A stretch of DNA of 48,915 nucleotides, the filler included, from Dimargaris cristalligena (taxonomy: Eukaryota), in the NCBI GenBank assembly GCA_003614675.1. It is 2 parts of 2 records of this genome, joined end to end, with 100 filler letters (N's around TTAATTAATTAA, not from the genome) between each part and the next. Parts side by side here need not be neighbours in the genome. Positions count along the whole stretch, not along the records: positions 1 to 24,444 come from ML002588.1; 1 more part is not named here. The stretch is one strand, 5' to 3'. The notes under the pieces are model-generated. The model saw only the letters and a list, made by a program, of their open reading frames with translations. It did not search any database and was not told where the DNA came from. Positions 11,701-23,893 of the stretch are shown one piece after another. Numbering within the stretch: position 1 is the stretch's first letter; each line of letters begins with the position of its first letter. The position numbers and the translations under genes are program-made.

Positions 11701-12822
11701 TTGGGCTGACCAGGTATGGTGAATGATAGTAGGGAGTGGGCCCTGAGGGGGTCACACGCCTTTCCCTTAATTTAGGTTGTATACATTGCTTCCAGGTAGT
11801 CAGTAGTGCCACTGGTGTATTACAACGGTGTATGCCAAGACTTGGGATAATAATAGTTCAGCGATCCGGCCTTGTAAGTGGACTGCGACCAAAGTGGAAT
11901 ATCTCTCTACCAGCAGCTCGGATCCATTTCTATATACTATTAGTACCTATGTAATCCACAGAGAGGTTTGAACTGAAGTACAGGAGGGTGAGGAGCCCTT
12001 TCAGACAGACGGTTATGGGTTGGGGATAACATTGGTCCAGGGATCTATGAGTTTGGCCGCCCCTGTACAAAGGGTGTGTGGATGCGGTGATTGGGGAACC
12101 CCGCGATTGGTTGACCCTAACAAAGCCAACCTACAAGGGTGGTTTTGCCCAATCGGGTGGCCCCCAGGTCTAGTCGGTGGTGGCCTCGATAAGCATCTCT
12201 ACTATTCGTGATTAATCTATTGCTCGATAAATTAAGGTTGTTTGAGGAACATTGCCATGTCCATTCAGCTATCCGCCCCGATTCCTTGGCCCATAGAGTG
12301 CCAGTTAAACCCGGGTGGTACTCTAGATGTGGTCAATAATAGTGACCAGGCCTTTAAACTCCACAAAACTCGCAACTCGGAGTCTTTAAAAATACCGCAG
12401 TCCCCTGGATCCATTATTAGGGTGACTCCCGTATGACCCAGACTGCTGACAAGTGGAGTTGGTGTAACCCAACTGGAAATATTCACGGGGCTTGGCTAGT
12501 CGCCGCCACAAGGTATAGTATACCTACACATGAGACACCAATGCATCATCTGTCCAACCGTCTGCCCGCCATCACACGTAACGAAATACCAAAAAGGAAA
12601 ACATATTGGTATTAGTATTATTGGTATCGACCAAAAGCCGGCTTGTTTATCACCCGCTAGGCCCAAAGTGCCTGAAGGCTCCTCCTCCTCCTTTCATGCC
12701 CAGGGCCTAAAATAGGGACCCTCCCATATTATCTGCATTCTGTTACCCGGCTCACTTAGTGCCGCCCCTTTTCGCTAGCTCCGCACGGTATCGCAATGAC
12801 TATTTTTAGCTTGGTTACCGAG

Positions 12823-12858
12823 TCACACACACACATTCTCTCTCTCTCTCTCTCTCTC
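12823..12858. repeat. Compound (CA)n(CT)n microsatellite
   Basis: cacacacacaca..ctctctctctctctctctctct is directly visible. Confidence 0.85.
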
Positions 12859-15800
12859 TTCGCTGGGTTCTCCCCTTTAAATATCACTCGCCAGCCCGTC
12901 CCTCTTCGGGGGCTTTCGTAATGCTTTATCTTACATTTATTTCGAAATTTTGGAATTCCCCTTCCAAACTTTATGGTTTGCGTATTCCCTTTAATGGGCA
13001 ACATCCCCAAGACTTTACCTTGTTTACCCACTTAGTTTTATTTGACCAGACCTTTATCCATTGCTACCTCCATCGTCATTTCTTGGGTGGTCGTTTAGTA
13101 CGTTACCATCCGCCAGTTCTCCAACCTTATTGGCGGTATACTGTATATACTAAGGTAATATCAATTTCTCCATCCCCCCCTCCTTCTTAACCAGCAGCGC
13201 CTTTTAACTGCGGTCGGCACGTTGGCCGTGGCCTGCTATTGGGTCCTTCCCCTACGGCTTTAACTATTGGTGCCGCTTATTGCCTCTCGGGTGTCTTGTC
13301 CCTTAGCCCAGCAAACTCGTTGATTGGAACACACGGCATTGGTTTGCAGTAACCCTCCCACTCGCTTTATTCGCTCACCATTGGTTTATACAGCGTCAAG
13401 TCGCCAAGGTTGAAGTATATCATCCTTGGCTGGTTTAAGCGGCTGTTTCAAGCGAGCTTGTTGTGTATTCGTACTATTTATTCATTTCAACCTTATCCAA
13501 TCCATCCGTTACAAAATTACTCCGTTTTGTAAGTAAGTTTCATGGTGTATATCTTGGAAGTCCTATTGTAAGAGTCACCGAGGCCCGCGACAACTCCCAC
13601 CCTCCTATTTCACTTTCCATTTCCCCGCCCTCGGTTTGGAGTTATGTTACCGATTGTTCGCAGGCTGGCTTGGTGCTGATGGCCTGCCAGGTTGGAAATC
13701 CCCTTTATTACCTATGGGATGGCAATGGACCGCAGGGGTCTCTACGGAATTCCGTAATCCCCGCCCCGTCGCCACCTTCCCATGCGTACATATATATATA
13801 TATATATATGTGTGTGTGTATTTACATGTAATTAGGGGCATTGTTTGAGTTGGATCTGACGTGTGGTATTGGGCTGGAATTCATATGGTACACCACCTCA
13901 GTATCTTTCCATACTTCGGGTTATTCTTTTTTTCCCTAGTACTAGGAAAACGACCCCCCTTTACTATTCTTATTTTATTTTGCACCATGATTTTAGTTTG
14001 ACTGGGAGGGACCTGCCACTATTACTACTATAGGTTCATTCCAGTGACATTTTATTACCCCTTGCCACAGTGTTTCAGGCTTTTTTATATATACTATTTA
14101 CCACTATTGGTCTACTCCTTTCTGGGGGATGTTTGTCAAGCACACTCATGTCATGCCAGTTTTCCTAAACGGAGCTGGCGAGGAACAGAAAAGGTTAATT
14201 AGAGCGGAATGCTGATTCACTTCACCGACTGGACACTAACTTACTTTACAAATTATTATTATTATATTATTATTTGCTTCAAAACTACTCCCTGGCGTTG
14301 TTACTCACAAATCGGGTGATTGATTGGCTGAATACTACCGATCCCTTTGGCAGCTATAAATATCACACACCCGTTTGGCCGGCTTAGACAGACTGTGGCT
14401 ATATATTGGCATCACCCCCTCCCAAGTCGAATAATATAGGCTGTTAAGCACTCATTATTGATCACTTATTCGCCTTTTCCGGCTATCGGTCTGACCTTCC
14501 CGATTCGCTTGCCGGTTTCATTCCGCGGATTTTTCGCCATTTCGGGGCTACTGGATTACCCAAGTAAGTAAGTTGCCGTTTAAAGGCTATTGGATTGTTA
14601 ATTAGGAGGGGTTTGGTTAAGTAAAGTGGTGGTGGTGGTGTTCTCAAAAGGAGGGGGAGGGAGCAGCACAACCTCTGGATAGGACGAGTGGGATGGGATC
14701 GCCGTCAGCCCCAGTGTGCAGCCACACCTAGTTTCTACCCATCTCTGCACCAGGTAAAATCCTGGTTTCCATTTGCCTCTCTCCCTACTCACCGCCCGGG
14801 GTATTTTACAGTGTGCGGGCCAGGGCGCCGTTGCTGGGATATTATACTCTATGGTAGGGCCCCACCACCGGTCGGTGTATAGAATCCCCACCGGGAATAA
14901 TATCTGTAGACCGCGCTAAAGCGCTGGTCAGCTATTCTAATATATACGGTGTGTGTGGTTCAGGGACCACCCAACCAGGGCATACTCTACATTCTAGCCC
15001 CGGTCGCTGTGGGCCAGAGGCCAACAACCCCTCCTCTCCCGTGGTCTCCTTGAGTGTCCCGCACTGTCCCCTGGCGCAACCCTGATGGTGCGTCTCTTAT
15101 CTTAGTAGTGGTGGTGGCCCGACCCGTGGACCTGGCGCGCACATTGGTGTGAGAGAAGGCCCCATTCGAATTATTTTGGTGGTATTGCAAGAAGGAAGGA
15201 AGGGTTCCTAGTTAATGCCATTATGGTTTATATATATAGAGAGAGAGAGAAAGAATTGGCAGTTTATATGGGAAGGAGGTGGTGGTTAGGCTTAGGTTAG
15301 GCTCGGATGGTTGAATAGCCCTCTCCTCATATATACTCTCTCTCCTTTGGTTTGGTTTGGCAGAATAGCCCTGTAGAGGAGAAGAAGAGTAAATAGGGCG
15401 GGGGGAAGGCGCTATTTTTATATACTAACCCTCTCTCTCTGTCCTTCGCTTTTAAGCCGCCGCCGCCGCCACTACTACTATTGTTTGGGCGTTCTTTACT
15501 AAAAGCACTCGATACTAACCTATTCTTTCTATTACTATATCCCTTGCTCGCTCATCTCTTTCTTTTCTTCCGCCATCCCTTCCTTTACTTGATGTACTTT
15601 GGCCGCTGTGGATTCTCTCCTTCACTCCCCCCGCTGCAACCCACTTTCTTCTCCTGCCCTCTCTAACCCACTGCTTCCTCACTCTTCCTCTACCCTACCC
15701 TACTCTACTCTACTCTACTCTACTCTCACCTCTCTCTCTTCTTCTCTCTCTTTCCTTCTCTTCTCTTTTTCTATTTTCTATTAACCCAATTCTTTTTTCC

Positions 15801-15874
15801 ACTTTACTTCCCGCATCTCAACAGGCCTAGCCCTCCTCTACCAGCGCCTGGTTGCTTATCTACCGGCCGTTCGC

Positions 15875-18568
15875 ATGAATAACCCGGCCCCCGCTGATAA
15901 TCGGCCAGAGCCGGTCGCCGACGAGGGTCCATCTCCCCCTCCCACTTCGGCCGCCCCGCCCGTGCCCCATATTCGTTTCGCCCCCCACATCCCCGATGTC
16001 CGCCACTGTCTCTATTTCGAGGCCATGGACCGTGAGGTCCCGGAGGGCACCGTCCTCAAAGTCGGCCGCTTTACCGACCGGGTGAGCCAGCAGCCCAACC
16101 GCATCGCCTTCAAGAGCAAAGTGGTCAGTCGTAGTCACGCCGAAATATGGTCCGAAAACGGCCATTTCTACATCCGCGACACCAAGAGCTCCTCCGGTAC
16201 CTTCCTTAACCACATCCGGCTGAGCGTGGCCAGCGCCGAGTCGCTGCCTAAACGTCTGCACGACGGCGACATTCTCCAGCTGGGCGTGGATTACCAGGGC
16301 GGTATTCAGGACATTTACAAGTGCGTTAAGATCCGCCTCGAAATCAACCGGGCGTGGCAGCGTCAGGCCGAAAACCCCTACCGCATGCGGGTGATGAAGA
16401 ACCTGCAGAATATGTTCAATAGTTTCAACACCGGGGCAGAGGAGCGCCACGAGTGCTGTATCTGTCTGTATGCCATGGGTCCGTTCCAGGCCCTGTTCGT
16501 GGCCCCCTGCTCGCACTGCTTCCACTTCAAGTGTATCAAACCCATCATCTTCACCAACACCGGCTTTAGCTGTCCCCTCTGTCGCACTTTTGCCGACCTG
16601 GAGGCCCCGGTTGAGGAATACGAGAATGACGCCAACGCCCGGGCCCAGGAGCGGCTGACCGCCGACCCCGTGGAAACGACTGACTTGCCACCACCAACAT
16701 CAGACCACCTCGTCTCGCCGGTGCACCGGACCGGTTCCCGTGTCCTTTTGAATCCCCTCCCCGATATTGACCAGAGTCACATGATGGACGTGGACTCCGT
16801 GGCCGCCCAGGTCACCAGCATTAGCAACAACAGCACGCCGCACCGTCCCGACGGATCCGCCCCCCATTCCCATACTAACGCTATGCTGGGCGGGTCGAAC
16901 GGCGACGCCAATCAGGCGACCCCCGTACCCGTCTCCGCCGGCACCGCTCGGACCTCGGCTCCGGGCTCGGCCACGAGCATGGCCGGTACCACCAGCGACG
17001 AGGAATCTACCCCGGGGCACTCTCTGAGTCGCGCCCAGTCGGCCCACCGTACCGTCGTGGCACCCGCTACCCTCAATCCCCACCACCATACGTCTCCCAC
17101 CGCCCAGGTGGCTGGCCACTTTTCCAACATGACCGTCACTTTGCCTCCCGTACCCAATCTGGACGACTCCAGCTCGGACGCGGCTTTTTTATCTGAAGAC
17201 TCGGTCACCGATCCGCTGCCGTCGGGAAACGGGCAGTCGCCCCCCGCGAATCGTAACGGTCCATTTGGCGTGGTGGTGCCCCTGCCCCGGATTCTACAGT
17301 CCGGGTCCAGTGGTATCCCACAGCTGGCCGCGCGGGCGGGCGTTTCCCCCACTCCTTCCACCCCCACCAACACGGCGTCGGTATCCACCTCCCCGGTGAA
17401 CCTACCTCCCCCGTCGAGCCCGGCTCCCCACCACCACGGTCGCCTAGCTTTCCGTATCCCTCCCCTGACGGAGGCCCCCCCTAGTCCTGGCGGGGGTTCC
17501 AATCGACGTCGGGCCCAGTCCTGTTTTACGGAGCCCACCCTCCTTGAGAGCGTGCCGGACTCCCCCATGACCCGGACCTTTGCGGAGGGCCCTCCTGATA
17601 TGGACCGGGTCCCCCCCGGTGTCACCCCACCCCTACCTATACGCGAGTCGAGTCGCTCCCACCAGTCGGGGGCCCAGATGATGACCCCCACCCTCTCCTC
17701 CCCCCTCGCCAACTACCGGCTGGGCCAGGCCCCCACGTCGGCCCTGTCGCCCGGCGTGGCCACCGCTAATGTCATGGCGCGCGCCACTACTAATTTATCC
17801 CCCGCCTCCACTTCCAATCACTCCCATAACCCGGGGGTGGTTCAGCGGTCCGCGCTCTCGCCCTTTCCCCCCACCTCCCCCGGGGCGCCCAATTCCGGTG
17901 GGGTACTCCGCAAATTCCGCCGCCGGTTGTCCGACCACTCGGAATACTTCCAAAATAACCGGGTCGTCAATACCGCCCCACCCGTCTCCACCACCTCCAC
18001 GGCCTCCCCATTGGCCATTGTCCTGAATCATTTGCGCATGGTGGGTCAGCCCAGCTCGAACGGCTCGGCGCGGGCTAATCTGCCGCCCGCCCTGCCCCTA
18101 ACGGGGTTGGAGATGGTGAGTGATTCGGCCATATCTACGCCCATTTCGGATACCTCCTCGGTACCCAACCTGGAGGAACCGCATCCAGCCCAACCCCCCG
18201 GGGCTATTCCCATTCCGACCTCGCCGCTGGCCCGATTGGAAGATGATAGTGGTGAGAGGGGGCATTCCTCCCGTCGTTCCCCCCTGGCGGCCTCCCCCGG
18301 CTCGAGTAATCACGCTTTCCCGACCGATTCCATGTCCCCCGCCTCGTCCGTGGGTGACATTTCTGATCGTAGTGGACCCTCTTCCGGTATCTACTACGGA
18401 GGTGGAGTGGGCAGTGGTGGTAATGCAATAGTAGAGCCTATGCCTCGGTCGGTCAAGAATCTGGCTGCCGATCAGACCTCTGAGCCCGTTGTGCGCCCGT
18501 CCGACAACCACTCCGGTGAACCATCGGTCATGGATACGGATTCCATGCAACCGCCCCGCGGAGACTAG
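15875..18568 (+). CDS. DMA1: FHA-RING E3 ubiquitin ligase (Dma1/Dma2/CHFR-like) with long Ser/Pro-rich C-terminal tail
   Basis: FHA: LKVGRFTD...FKSKVVSRSHAEIW...IRDTKSSSGTFLN...LHDGDILQLG. RING-H2: CCICL...VAPCSHCFHFKC...FSCPLCR. Intronless 897-aa ORF preceded by a CT-rich tract. Confidence 0.9.
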   Translation: MNNPAPADNRPEPVADEGPSPPPTSAAPPVPHIRFAPHIPDVRHCLYFEAMDREVPEGTVLKVGRFTDRVSQQPNRIAFKSKVVSRSHAEIWSENGHFYIRDTKSSSGTFLNHIRLSVASAESLPKRLHDGDILQLGVDYQGGIQDIYKCVKIRLEINRAWQRQAENPYRMRVMKNLQNMFNSFNTGAEERHECCICLYAMGPFQALFVAPCSHCFHFKCIKPIIFTNTGFSCPLCRTFADLEAPVEEYENDANARAQERLTADPVETTDLPPPTSDHLVSPVHRTGSRVLLNPLPDIDQSHMMDVDSVAAQVTSISNNSTPHRPDGSAPHSHTNAMLGGSNGDANQATPVPVSAGTARTSAPGSATSMAGTTSDEESTPGHSLSRAQSAHRTVVAPATLNPHHHTSPTAQVAGHFSNMTVTLPPVPNLDDSSSDAAFLSEDSVTDPLPSGNGQSPPANRNGPFGVVVPLPRILQSGSSGIPQLAARAGVSPTPSTPTNTASVSTSPVNLPPPSSPAPHHHGRLAFRIPPLTEAPPSPGGGSNRRRAQSCFTEPTLLESVPDSPMTRTFAEGPPDMDRVPPGVTPPLPIRESSRSHQSGAQMMTPTLSSPLANYRLGQAPTSALSPGVATANVMARATTNLSPASTSNHSHNPGVVQRSALSPFPPTSPGAPNSGGVLRKFRRRLSDHSEYFQNNRVVNTAPPVSTTSTASPLAIVLNHLRMVGQPSSNGSARANLPPALPLTGLEMVSDSAISTPISDTSSVPNLEEPHPAQPPGAIPIPTSPLARLEDDSGERGHSSRRSPLAASPGSSNHAFPTDSMSPASSVGDISDRSGPSSGIYYGGGVGSGGNAIVEPMPRSVKNLAADQTSEPVVRPSDNHSGEPSVMDTDSMQPPRGD

Positions 18569-20719
18569 TCAATGGGATTTAGAGAAATCATCTGGTCTGC
18601 TGAACCGTATTATCCCTTGTTGACCCTTACAGTCTCTCTCTGATTGTGTTTTCGTTGATATATTATCCTATACGCGGAATATTCCCTTTTTCTTTCAATC
18701 TCCGGTCCATCACATTATCTCGCTACTCTCTGCCCCACATGTATACCGAACGACTACTTCGCTTGCCTTCACTCACTCACTCACTTGTACTCCCTCGTTT
18801 CGATTTATTAGTTCCCTTTTCCTTATATGTTTCTTCAATCTCTTTCTATATAAATCATAATGGTGATTGACATACGAGGTAGCTGGTATTCCCTCCTCCT
18901 CCTTTCATTATTTTTTCTATTCTAAGGTCTATGCTTTTTACACTTGCCGTTTTCTTTATTCTTATTTGATACCAGCCGTGCCTTTCACCGCGTCTTTTTT
19001 TTAAATATGTTTTTGGTCTATTCAGTTGATTTATGGTCAAAATGATCTATATACCATTTAGTCTTGATCAACAATTCCTTCTGAGATGGTGGGTGACTAC
19101 TGCCCCTCCTCATTTTTTTAGGTATATGATGGATGATGGCCTCTCGTTATAAGGTCCCACAGGGTTACTTAATTTTTCATGTTTTATTATTTCCCTTTTT
19201 ATAAATTCGCCTAGTTGCTCCCTCCGGTCCTTCTAAAGCTTTATTATTATTACTATTATTATTTTATTTCGACACTTCGCCCTCTTCATGCTACGTTACC
19301 ATTCCGACTAACTAGCCCCATTCTCGCATTCCACCGCCACCACCGCCCTCGCCACCATAATGTCTCTGTTACATTATAAAGGTCATTTGTTCCCCACTCT
19401 TTATTATTTTTTATATCCATTTCTTTTAACTCCTCCCAGCCCCCGTACTCACCACTTCCACTATGAATTCATCGCTTGATTTTCTCTCGGTATACTGGCC
19501 ATTCGATATCAACGATATCCCCCGTTTTTCCACCTCGGGGTTTACGTATTATTTGACTGTGTCATTGTATCACTTTACAATAAACCACTCGCCCAAGTTT
19601 TACCCCTTTATTATATTCTCTATTATCAAAAAAATGGGAGGTATTGTTCGGCGGGGAGATAGCGTTCATGGTCGGCGTATTATTAGGCTGGAGAAGAGAA
19701 TGCATTCGTTACATGTGAATGGAAGGGACAGGGCGGCTAAGTTTAGCACTATTCTTATTCCGCTTCGATATTTCCCAACCTTTTGGAATTTCTTTACACT
19801 AAGCCAATTCGACCCGTGATCGTAGCGGGTGCCTGTGTCACTCGGCTTACTGTATACTCTGGTCACTCGATCTTCCAAGATGATTGAGTAGTTCATTGAA
19901 CCCATTAATCATTCGTGATTTGCATTGACTCTCCCTTAAAGACCATTGTCTACCGCGTATTGATGACATGTGATTGTCCACCAGGGATTCTCTAGGGTTG
20001 GTGTAGATTTTAGTATGGTTTGAATCGTCTATTCCATCAAGAGTTCCGCTATTTTACTCGTGTATAGATTCCCGGACGGTGAAGGAAGGGTTCGTTTAAG
20101 TCGCACAACCGTCAGGTGTCTATATTCTTATAACCACTCCCCCAAAACCTTGTATTTCCAGATAGGTGGGGGAAGAGGATTGGCAAGGAGGTGGGGGGAT
20201 ATAAGGGTTAGAGGGTAATATAAAGGGGAAGAGGGCGATCATTAATAGTCGGGGTTCAATTATTAGTGTCACATGATCTTCTTCCTATTTAGATGCTAGA
20301 TGCTCTAAGGCTACCTGACTATGAGGTTGAGGTAACACATTTTGAACACAGCGTCACTGATATTATCTGGGCCGGGGTTATCAAAGTTGACTCGGGTCAG
20401 CAATGCTCTGTAATTATTCTGCTCATTGATGTTAGGATAAACCGGATATATTAAATGGGTGCCATCTATATGGTAAAAACTATTGGGATTATTGTATGCC
20501 AGTATATAATAAGGATAAGTGCACACGTATTATATTTTACCTCTTCCTACCGGAAAGTAAAGATTTTCTCTCCTCGATTCTATTTGTTTACCATACCATC
20601 GTTTGTTTCATACCACCACCGCTAGTTACTACCCATTTCCATTATTCTGTCGGGATAGCCGTTTCTATAGCCCCGGCGCAATTGTCTTGTTTCTCACCCC
20701 ATTATTTCATTGAATTACC

Positions 20720-22093
20720 ATGCGATTAACTTGGCCAGCGGTTGTTGCGCTTATCCTCGCCACCGGGTTTGAACACTCGATGATCGGCGATGCTTCACCT
20801 ACTCCAGCGAAGGGTAAATATATGGGCTCTACCGGTAAATTCCGTTCTTCCAACGCGGGGATTATGGAAATATTAAATGCGATCCCAGCCCACTTGGACA
20901 ACAGCTTAAAATGTCAAGTATTAATCTCTGGCAACGATTACAAATCGACTCACGCGCATAGTAAGCCGAGCTCTAGCGAATCGCCAACAACGCGATTAGT
21001 GAACTCGGCTGACGGCCAACTGGATAGACCCGGAAGACTAACGAGTGCCAACGATAACTCGGACTCGTTTCAGGCAGGGTCCGAATGGACCATCGGGAGT
21101 TGCCCAATGAATGGATTTACTTCTTCAGTCGGAATCCACTGGGAAGGCAATGAACCTCCATCGGCTGACTATAACGACGACGTAAGAAACTCGGCCCAAG
21201 ATAATACCGATACCAATGATAGCTTCGACTTGTTTCAGGAATGGTTAGGCGAGACAATCTGGGGAGGCCCAAGTGCTGATCTACCTTCTTCGGTCGACAA
21301 TAACGACGCAGGAAACTTGGCCCAAGACGATACCGATGCTGATATCGTTATCGATGATAATAATGGCTCGTTTCAAATATGGATAAATGAGACCATCTCG
21401 GGAGACTTTAGTATTGGACTCTCTTCTTCGGTGGACAGCGATGGTGAAAGCTATTCGGCTCAAGTTAGTACCGATGTAATTAAAACAGATAAGCCACCCC
21501 AACCAATGATTAGTTCCGAAGGTTCGGCAGCCCCGTCGGGCGGCGAAGAGGTGCGCAGAAAAGACTCCCAAGCTCGCTATATGTTAAACCGTAACCTCTC
21601 ATCCGGCCAATACACCAGATGGGACCCCACAGCTATGCTTGTGGATGGCTATACTTCAATAGGTATCTGTGAGGCTTGTTCCCGATGTATCCCCGGAAAA
21701 CAACGCGATATACATCGGGAATTCCACCAATCCAGTTGGGGTGTAATCTGCCCAAAATGTAAGGGACTGTTTCATAATGAACATGTACTAAATCAACATA
21801 CACCAAGTTGTCACCCGGAATTAAGCCGCAAATACAGTGTGCCATTCAATCAACGTATTCTTTCCCCGAGTGATTCTGAATGCCAATCCGCTGTAAAGTT
21901 TGGGTGCTGCCGCCACTGTCAGTGCAGTTTTGAAAATCAACAGGGTTTGCGTAGGCATCTTTCGGCAGAGTGTAGAACTCTTAAGCTGCAGTGTCCAGAG
22001 TGTCATGGAAAATATTCTTCGAAATCTCTTTTAAAAGCACACATTGAGTATGGGAAAACTCAATCGCTTTTGAACTGTGCCGATAATAAATAA
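20720..22093 (+). CDS. Putative secreted protein: signal peptide, acidic internal repeats and four C2H2/C2HC-type zinc fingers
   Basis: N-terminus MRLTWPAVVALILATGF...DASP is signal-peptide-like. There are three imperfect D/N/W-rich repeats. Fingers: CEAC..H..H, CPKC..F..L..H..C, CRHC..F..L..H..C and CPEC..Y..L..H. Intact 457-aa single-exon ORF. Confidence 0.72.
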   Translation: MRLTWPAVVALILATGFEHSMIGDASPTPAKGKYMGSTGKFRSSNAGIMEILNAIPAHLDNSLKCQVLISGNDYKSTHAHSKPSSSESPTTRLVNSADGQLDRPGRLTSANDNSDSFQAGSEWTIGSCPMNGFTSSVGIHWEGNEPPSADYNDDVRNSAQDNTDTNDSFDLFQEWLGETIWGGPSADLPSSVDNNDAGNLAQDDTDADIVIDDNNGSFQIWINETISGDFSIGLSSSVDSDGESYSAQVSTDVIKTDKPPQPMISSEGSAAPSGGEEVRRKDSQARYMLNRNLSSGQYTRWDPTAMLVDGYTSIGICEACSRCIPGKQRDIHREFHQSSWGVICPKCKGLFHNEHVLNQHTPSCHPELSRKYSVPFNQRILSPSDSECQSAVKFGCCRHCQCSFENQQGLRRHLSAECRTLKLQCPECHGKYSSKSLLKAHIEYGKTQSLLNCADNK

Positions 22094-23893
22094 GCGTGGG
22101 ATACCTTTCCGGGAAACCCATAGCTCGAGAACAAAAGGTAATAGAAACCGAGCCCAGCATAAATTAAATCTACTATTTTCACTATAAAAAAAAAAGAAAT
22201 ACCCGTACGCTTTATTATAATGGGTTACTGCCAGAAGAATATGGAGGGTTTGGTATTGAGGTCAATTGAGGTTGATAGTACTTATCTGCTATGCGTGGAA
22301 TAAGACCCTGCTGTATCAGGTTGCCGATGGTGTGTATGAGAAGATAGGCGATATATATTCTTTAAGCAGTAATTTGAACCTCACCCAATTGATTTTTTGA
22401 TATATGCCCCAGTTGAATCTCCCCCATACGTTGGAATATAAAACTTTACGGTCTTTGTTGCAGTGATTAGCCCCACATAACCCACCAGGGGTCCACGCAG
22501 ACAGGCTTATATTGGATATATTGCCGGGTGGCATCCTGGCTAACATTTACTCACTGGGAACATGTGGTAGAAATAGCACATTACAAAAAATTATGCCAAA
22601 GCACGCTTACTAATTATAGGACATGCGGCATTGGGCGTATTAGACTGAACTAGGGAGGGCATACGCTGGAGATAATGGGCTGTAAATTGGAGGATAGGCA
22701 TACGCAATGATTGTGCTAGAAGGTCATCCTTGAACGAATGACAGGGATACTGGCCACCAGCCGCTGATTGTTCATTAGCCCATCACCTCTCACGTTTTTC
22801 TAATGGTATACTCTAAGGTTTCATAAATAAAATATTTTACCAAGGTCGCACAAATAATTCCGTCTAATCAGATGGCACCTTTGGTTAAAGTCCATGAGGA
22901 CTGGCTTGTTCATTTTTTTTAAAAAATAAGCCTTAATTTGAAAAGTAAATCTACCATGTTGTCGGACCATTTAAGCTGAGGCCTCTTCAATGTCGACTCA
23001 TTCATTTACTATTGTTACACTCTCCTTGGTTTTCTAGATTGTTGTACTTATAATGAGTCTGTACTAGTACCTGGCACAAGAGAATAAGACAAACAATAAT
23101 TTAAACACGCCCCCACCGGTAGGTGAAAGTGGTATTGCCTGGTGGGCAACTTTATTGGTTTTTGTTTTTCACAAAAGGACAAATCCATACATGTCATATC
23201 TACGTCTATTTAGAGTCGGACAAGCGGAAACGGCCAAAGTAGCATGTGGTGTGGGGCTTTTATACTAGGGATAGGTAAAAACATATCGCCGTTAGGCTAC
23301 ACAAGGCATACACAAGTATGAACTGCCAGTTAACTGGAATGTTCCATTGGAAAAAAATGGATATTGAAGCTAAACTGAAAATGTGCCGTATGTAAGGGTA
23401 GAAAAAAGATAAATAGTCCAAGGTTACCTGATCATGCGGTTTAAGTAACACACTTCGAATACAGTATCACTTTTTGTGGCTGGGCTGTTTGCATCACACG
23501 GGAGCTGTTGAAGTAGTGCCTCGTGATTCTTCCATTCAATTTTGCACGAATAAGACGTTAATATCAAACGGGAGTTAAATTTATGGCCATATACATCTAC
23601 CGAGGAAATTATTCAAGTATATAGCAAGGCTAGCCGCACTCCGGCCTTACTAACCAAATACAACTCTCCTGCCCAGAACTTTGTATATTTTGTCTTACTG
23701 ATTCTATTAGTTCCCTACACACTCCTACAGTCCATACCTTCACTGTTAATTACATGTTTTTATTATTTGGCTTTGCTAAAAGTTCTTAACTGAAATGTGG
23801 GCTCTATAAACCATTCCTGTTTTGTTACATTACCTTGCTTATATTTCCGGCATGATTTTTATAATTTTTTACCCATTTCGGCATAGTATTGCC

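Noticed and set aside
12200..12280. tRNA-like 5' start on the minus strand (GGGGCGGATAGCTGAATGG)
   Set aside because: No T-loop GTTCRA at the right spacing and no acceptor-stem complement were found.
15860..18550. Several long antisense or alternate-frame ORFs (221, 266 and 150 aa)
   Set aside because: They overlap the GC-rich Dma1-like CDS, have low complexity and show no domains.
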